Shown piece by piece: positions 7,953 through 10,899 of a stretch of DNA of 10,899 nucleotides. A program made the position numbers and the translations under genes. The DNA is taken from positions 1 to 10,899 of the forward strand of contig JBBISH010000168.1 of NCBI GenBank assembly GCA_037441385.1. Direction: 5' to 3'. The stretch is from Myxococcales bacterium (GTDB lineage: Bacteria; Myxococcota_A; UBA9042). Below the pieces are notes generated by a model. The model saw only the letters and a list, made by a program, of their open reading frames with translations, ran no database searches and was not told the origin of the DNA. Within the stretch, counting starts at the first letter, position 1, and every line of letters begins with the position of its first letter.

Positions 7953-8035
7953 AGATGCGACCAATTGCTGCTCATTTGTTCAGTAATTGCCGCTTCCGGC
8001 CGCGTCTTCTGGCTGCCTTGCCGGATGCCGACAGC

Positions 8036-8160
8036 CCCAGCGACCCCAGGTTGAGGCGGTCAGCGGAAATGAGTTTCCGCCTCGCCTCTCCTGCTGGGTG
8101 GGCCGCAAATTCGCCGCCTTTGGGGCGGACGAATCGCGGCGGTAGGCACGAAGGCCTATT
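8036..8160 (+). other. Cluster of three back-to-back stem-loops (candidate structured RNA or terminator region)
   Basis: Nested stems CCCAG/CTGGG, CAGG/CCTG, GAGGCG/CGCCTC and GCGGAAA/TTTCCGC (8036-8098). GCCGC/GCGGC, ATTCG/CGAAT and CCGCC/GGCGG (8102-8140). TAGGC/GCCTA followed by TTTGT (8143-8163). Confidence 0.55.
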
Positions 8161-8172
8161 TGTGCTGATCAC

Positions 8173-8289
8173 TTGAAACCTGGGGCTCGCGGTCGAGAAG
8201 TCCGCCTCCGCGGACTAGGACGGGCGATTGCGCCAACCGGCGAAGGCCGGTTTCTTGAGTGCGAGCCCGGGGTTTCAACCCCGGGTCGC
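8173..8289. repeat. REP-like inverted doublet (REPIN/BIME-like element)
   Basis: TTGAAACCTGGGGCTCGC (8173-8190) matches the reverse complement of GCGAGCCCGGGGTTTCAA (8261-8278) at 16/18. Each arm has an internal 7-bp hairpin (AGTCCGC-CTCC-GCGGACT 8199-8216; AACCGGC-GAAG-GCCGGTT 8235-8252). Palindrome CCCGGGGTT-TC-AACCCCGGG at 8266-8285. Confidence 0.7.
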
Positions 8290-8450
8290 CGCCGGGCCTG
8301 AAACGCAGTCACGATCACTGTAGCCAACCGGTAAGGCAGGCGTCTTTTGCCCCAAGTCGGGCGCAAGCGCGGGTCCACCGCGACTCGCCGCGCCGAGTTC
8401 AATGGCCTGGATCGACGAAAAAAGACCGAGTTGATTCGCTCTCTTGGCGA

Positions 8451-8483
8451 CCGCCCCGCCCCGCACCGCCCCGCACCGCCCCG
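8451..8483. repeat. (CCGC[C/A])n pentamer repeat with four C4 runs
   Basis: CCGCCCCGCCCCGCACCGCCCCGCACCGCCCCG; C4 runs at 8454, 8459, 8469 and 8479. Confidence 0.8.
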
Positions 8484-8660
8484 GCCACGCTGCCCGCCGC
8501 AGTACGGTCTTCCGCAAGGCGAAGCTCCCAGGGCGCTCTTGCACAGGCTCCGGAATAAATTGCCCGATTGTTCATGAATCTTCATGTTCATGTGCGCAGC
8601 GAGTTGCCTAGTGCCATGAAAGTACAGGACGCCGCTCGCTCAGCCGCCTTGCAGCAGATC

Positions 8661-8690
8661 TTGAGTTTGCCATCGCCAATTGCCTACGCT
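8661..8690 (+). promoter_or_regulatory. Possible sigma70-like promoter for the cytochrome gene
   Basis: TTGAGT (8661-8666), 18-bp spacer, TACGCT (8685-8690), ~36 bp upstream of ATG 8727. Weak match. Confidence 0.25.
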
Positions 8691-8726
8691 CCAGATAGGG
8701 GGGGCTAGCGCCCGGCGGAATAGATC

Positions 8727-10899
8727 ATGAGAACATTCAAAAAGATCCTGCTCGGCCCGGACTGGCTCGCGTTGTCTTTGTTTTTGCTTAGCTTGGTCGG
8801 CTTGCTTGCTTGCAGCGACACGGTCGCGCCCACGCCCGCCAAGGGGCTGGACGTACCCGAGACCACGAGCGACAGCCTGATGAGCGAGGTAGACGCCGCC
8901 CAGACCTGCTACTCGTGTCATGGCGATCCCACCCAGGGCAACGCGGCGCCGCCGCTTGGCACAAAGGGCGAGGAATTTCCAACGGATCCCGCGGTTGGCG
9001 CCCATCAATACCACCTCGAGACCAGCACCTGGCACCGAACGGTCGAGTGCCAAGAGTGTCACGTGGTTCCCACGGCGATGGACCACCAGAACGGCAAGAA
9101 AGAGGTGGACTTCAGCGGCGTCGCGCTGGCGGCCGGCGCCTCGCCCGTGTTTGCGCCCGACAAGCTGCAATGCAGCAACGCCTATTGCCACGGCGCGACC
9201 CTCTTGCCGGCGGTTTCCGGCGGCAGCAACGAGCGCGAGCCCATCTGGAACGTGGTCGACGGCACCTACAACGCTTGCGGCACGGCCTGCCACACCACCC
9301 CGCCTGGCGGCAAGCACCCGCAACAAGACGGCTGCCCCAAGTGCCACGGTGCGGTGATCGCCAGCTTCGATCCGGTCAAGAAGAAGGCCAAATGGGTCGA
9401 CGCCACGCGCCACATCGACGGCAAGGTCGACAAGCCCAACCTGACCTGCACCTCGTGCCACGGCGACCCGGTGAGCCAAAACCCGGCGCCGCCGCTGGGC
9501 AGCAAAGGCGAGACCCAGACCAGCCAACTGGCGGTGGGCGCTCACCAAAATCACCTGGCGGCCACCGATTGGCACCGTCAGGTGCAATGCGAAGACTGCC
9601 ACCAGAAGCCGACCGACCCGCTGCACAGCAACGGCACCATCGACTTCGCCTGGAGCAGCGTGGCGACGGCGATGGGCGCGACGCCCAGTTTTGACGCCGC
9701 GGCGGGCACTTGCAGTAACGCCTACTGCCACGGCACGACCCTGTTCGCGGACAAGGCGGGCGGCAAGTCGATCAAGGTTCCCACGTGGAATCAGGTGGAT
9801 GGCTCGGCCAAGACGTGCGGTCAGGCCTGCCACACCACGCCGCCGGGCGACAAGCACCCGCCCAACAACAAGTGCGAGCAGTGCCACGGCGCGGTGATCG
9901 CCAGCTTTGACGCGGCCACGCAAAAGGCCGTGTGGAAAGATGCTTCGCGCCACATCGACGGCAAGATCGATGCGCCGCAGTTGGATTGCGTGGCCTGCCA
10001 CGGCGATCCGGTGAGCCAAAACCCGGCGCCGCCGCTGGGCAGCAAAGGCGAGACCCAGACCAGCCAACTGGCGGTGGGCGCTCACCAAAATCACCTGGCG
10101 GCCACCGATTGGCACCGCCAGGTGCAATGCGAAGACTGCCACCAGAAGCCGACCGACCCGCTGCACAGCAACGGCACCATCGACTTCGCCTGGAGCAGCG
10201 TGGCCATGGCGATGGGCGCGACGCCCAGTTTCGACGCCACGGCGGGCACTTGCAGCAACGCCTACTGCCACGGCACGACCCTGTTCGCGGACAAGGCGGG
10301 CGGCAAGTCGATCAAGGTTCCCACGTGGAATCAGGTGGATGGCTCGGCCAAGACGTGCGGTCAGGCCTGCCACACCACCCCGCCCGGCGGCAAACACCCG
10401 GCCAACCCCAAGTGCGAGCAGTGCCACGGCGCGGTGATCGCCAGCTTTGACGCGGCCACGCAAAAGGCTGTGTGGAAAGATGCTTCGCGCCATATCGACG
10501 GCAAGATCGATGCGCCGCAGTTGGACTGCACCTCGTGCCACGGCGATCCGGTGAGCCAGAACCCGGCGCCGCCGTTCGGTACCGCGGGCGAGACGCAGAC
10601 CACGCAACCGGCGGTGGGTGCTCACCAAAATCACCTACAGTCGTCGGCCTGGCACCGCCAGGTGGCCTGCGAGGACTGCCACAGCAAGCCCGCGGACCCG
10701 CTGCACGCCAACGGCACCATCGATTTTGCCTGGAGCAGCGTGGCCACGGCGATGGGCGCGACGCCCAGTTTTGACGCCACGGCGGGCACTTGCAGCAACG
10801 CCTACTGCCACGGCACGACCCTGTTCGCGGACAAGGCGGGCGGCAAGTCGATCAAGGTTCCCACGTGGAATCAGGTGGATGGCTCGGCCAAGACGTGCG
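8727..10899 (+). CDS. Large lipoprotein multiheme c-type cytochrome with Geobacter-type CxxxxCH domains (>724 aa, 3' end beyond window)
   Basis: Translated by hand: MRTFKKILLGPDWLALSLFLLSLVGLLAC (lipobox, Cys29), open to the window end. 18 complete heme motifs: CYSCH, CQECH, CSNAYCH, CGTACH, CPKCH; CTSCH, CEDCH, CSNAYCH, CGQACH, CEQCH; CVACH, CEDCH, CSNAYCH, CGQACH, CEQCH; CTSCH, CEDCH, CSNAYCH; plus one truncated at the end. HxNG/HIDG and PxW motifs are typical of the Geobacter CxxxxCH...CXXCH family. Absent from the ORF track (no stop). Confidence 0.96.
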   Translation, partial: MRTFKKILLGPDWLALSLFLLSLVGLLACSDTVAPTPAKGLDVPETTSDSLMSEVDAAQTCYSCHGDPTQGNAAPPLGTKGEEFPTDPAVGAHQYHLETSTWHRTVECQECHVVPTAMDHQNGKKEVDFSGVALAAGASPVFAPDKLQCSNAYCHGATLLPAVSGGSNEREPIWNVVDGTYNACGTACHTTPPGGKHPQQDGCPKCHGAVIASFDPVKKKAKWVDATRHIDGKVDKPNLTCTSCHGDPVSQNPAPPLGSKGETQTSQLAVGAHQNHLAATDWHRQVQCEDCHQKPTDPLHSNGTIDFAWSSVATAMGATPSFDAAAGTCSNAYCHGTTLFADKAGGKSIKVPTWNQVDGSAKTCGQACHTTPPGDKHPPNNKCEQCHGAVIASFDAATQKAVWKDASRHIDGKIDAPQLDCVACHGDPVSQNPAPPLGSKGETQTSQLAVGAHQNHLAATDWHRQVQCEDCHQKPTDPLHSNGTIDFAWSSVAMAMGATPSFDATAGTCSNAYCHGTTLFADKAGGKSIKVPTWNQVDGSAKTCGQACHTTPPGGKHPANPKCEQCHGAVIASFDAATQKAVWKDASRHIDGKIDAPQLDCTSCHGDPVSQNPAPPFGTAGETQTTQPAVGAHQNHLQSSAWHRQVACEDCHSKPADPLHANGTIDFAWSSVATAMGATPSFDATAGTCSNAYCHGTTLFADKAGGKSIKVPTWNQVDGSAKTC
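8907..10899 (+). repeat. 540-bp (180-aa) intragenic tandem repeat, 3.7 copies visible
   Basis: The first-heme Cys codons lie at 8907, 9447, 9987 and 10527. Copies 2 and 3 differ at about 22 of 540 positions by manual count. Copy 1 is much more diverged but the same length. Confidence 0.96.

Noticed and set aside
7998..8015. AGCCAGAAGAC on the minus strand, resembling a cobalamin riboswitch B12 box
   Set aside because: The upstream core motifs (AGGGAA, GCCCCCGCxACTGT, GCCACTG) are absent and no minus-strand gene follows.
7955..8591. Short ORFs in the GH92-cytochrome intergenic region
   Set aside because: Arg/Pro-rich, no RBS or domain signal, and they overlap hairpin and REP-like elements.
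8500..8726. GEMM-I (c-di-GMP/cGAMP) riboswitch upstream of the cytochrome
   Set aside because: Only a 3'-like fragment (CAGCGAGTTGCC) is present; the GGCAAA/GNRA/GACGCAAA core is not visible.
8640..10634. 664-aa minus-strand ORF, plus alternative plus-frame ORFs 8810..9694 and 9932..10450
   Set aside because: Shadows of the multiheme cytochrome frame; Arg/Ala-rich with no domain motifs.

Overview
GC-rich bacterial DNA; the gene content (thrombospondin-3 repeat protein, Geobacter-type multiheme cytochrome, lipoproteins with Ser/Ala/Asp-rich linkers) suggests Myxococcota/Deltaproteobacteria (inference). Five CDSs are supported. Two are missing from the supplied ORF track because they run off the window ends. 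(1) A secreted, Tyr-rich beta-strand protein with C-terminal TSP3 repeats (2438 to <1, minus strand). (2) A small membrane-anchored two-Cys protein upstream of it (3066-2461, minus). (3) A cNMP-binding + patatin phospholipase (3584-5434, plus). (4) A lipoprotein GH92 alpha-mannosidase (5583-7952, plus). (5) A large lipoprotein multiheme cytochrome c (8727 to >10899, plus) built from exact 180-aa tandem modules, each with five heme-binding motifs (3 CX2CH, 1 CX4CH, 1 CX3CH; 18 complete motifs visible). Notable non-coding elements are a sigma70-like promoter followed by a GNRA-rich mini-structure and a 6 x 14-bp tandem array in the phospholipase leader, and about 300 bp of back-to-back hairpins including a REP-like inverted doublet between the GH92 and cytochrome genes.
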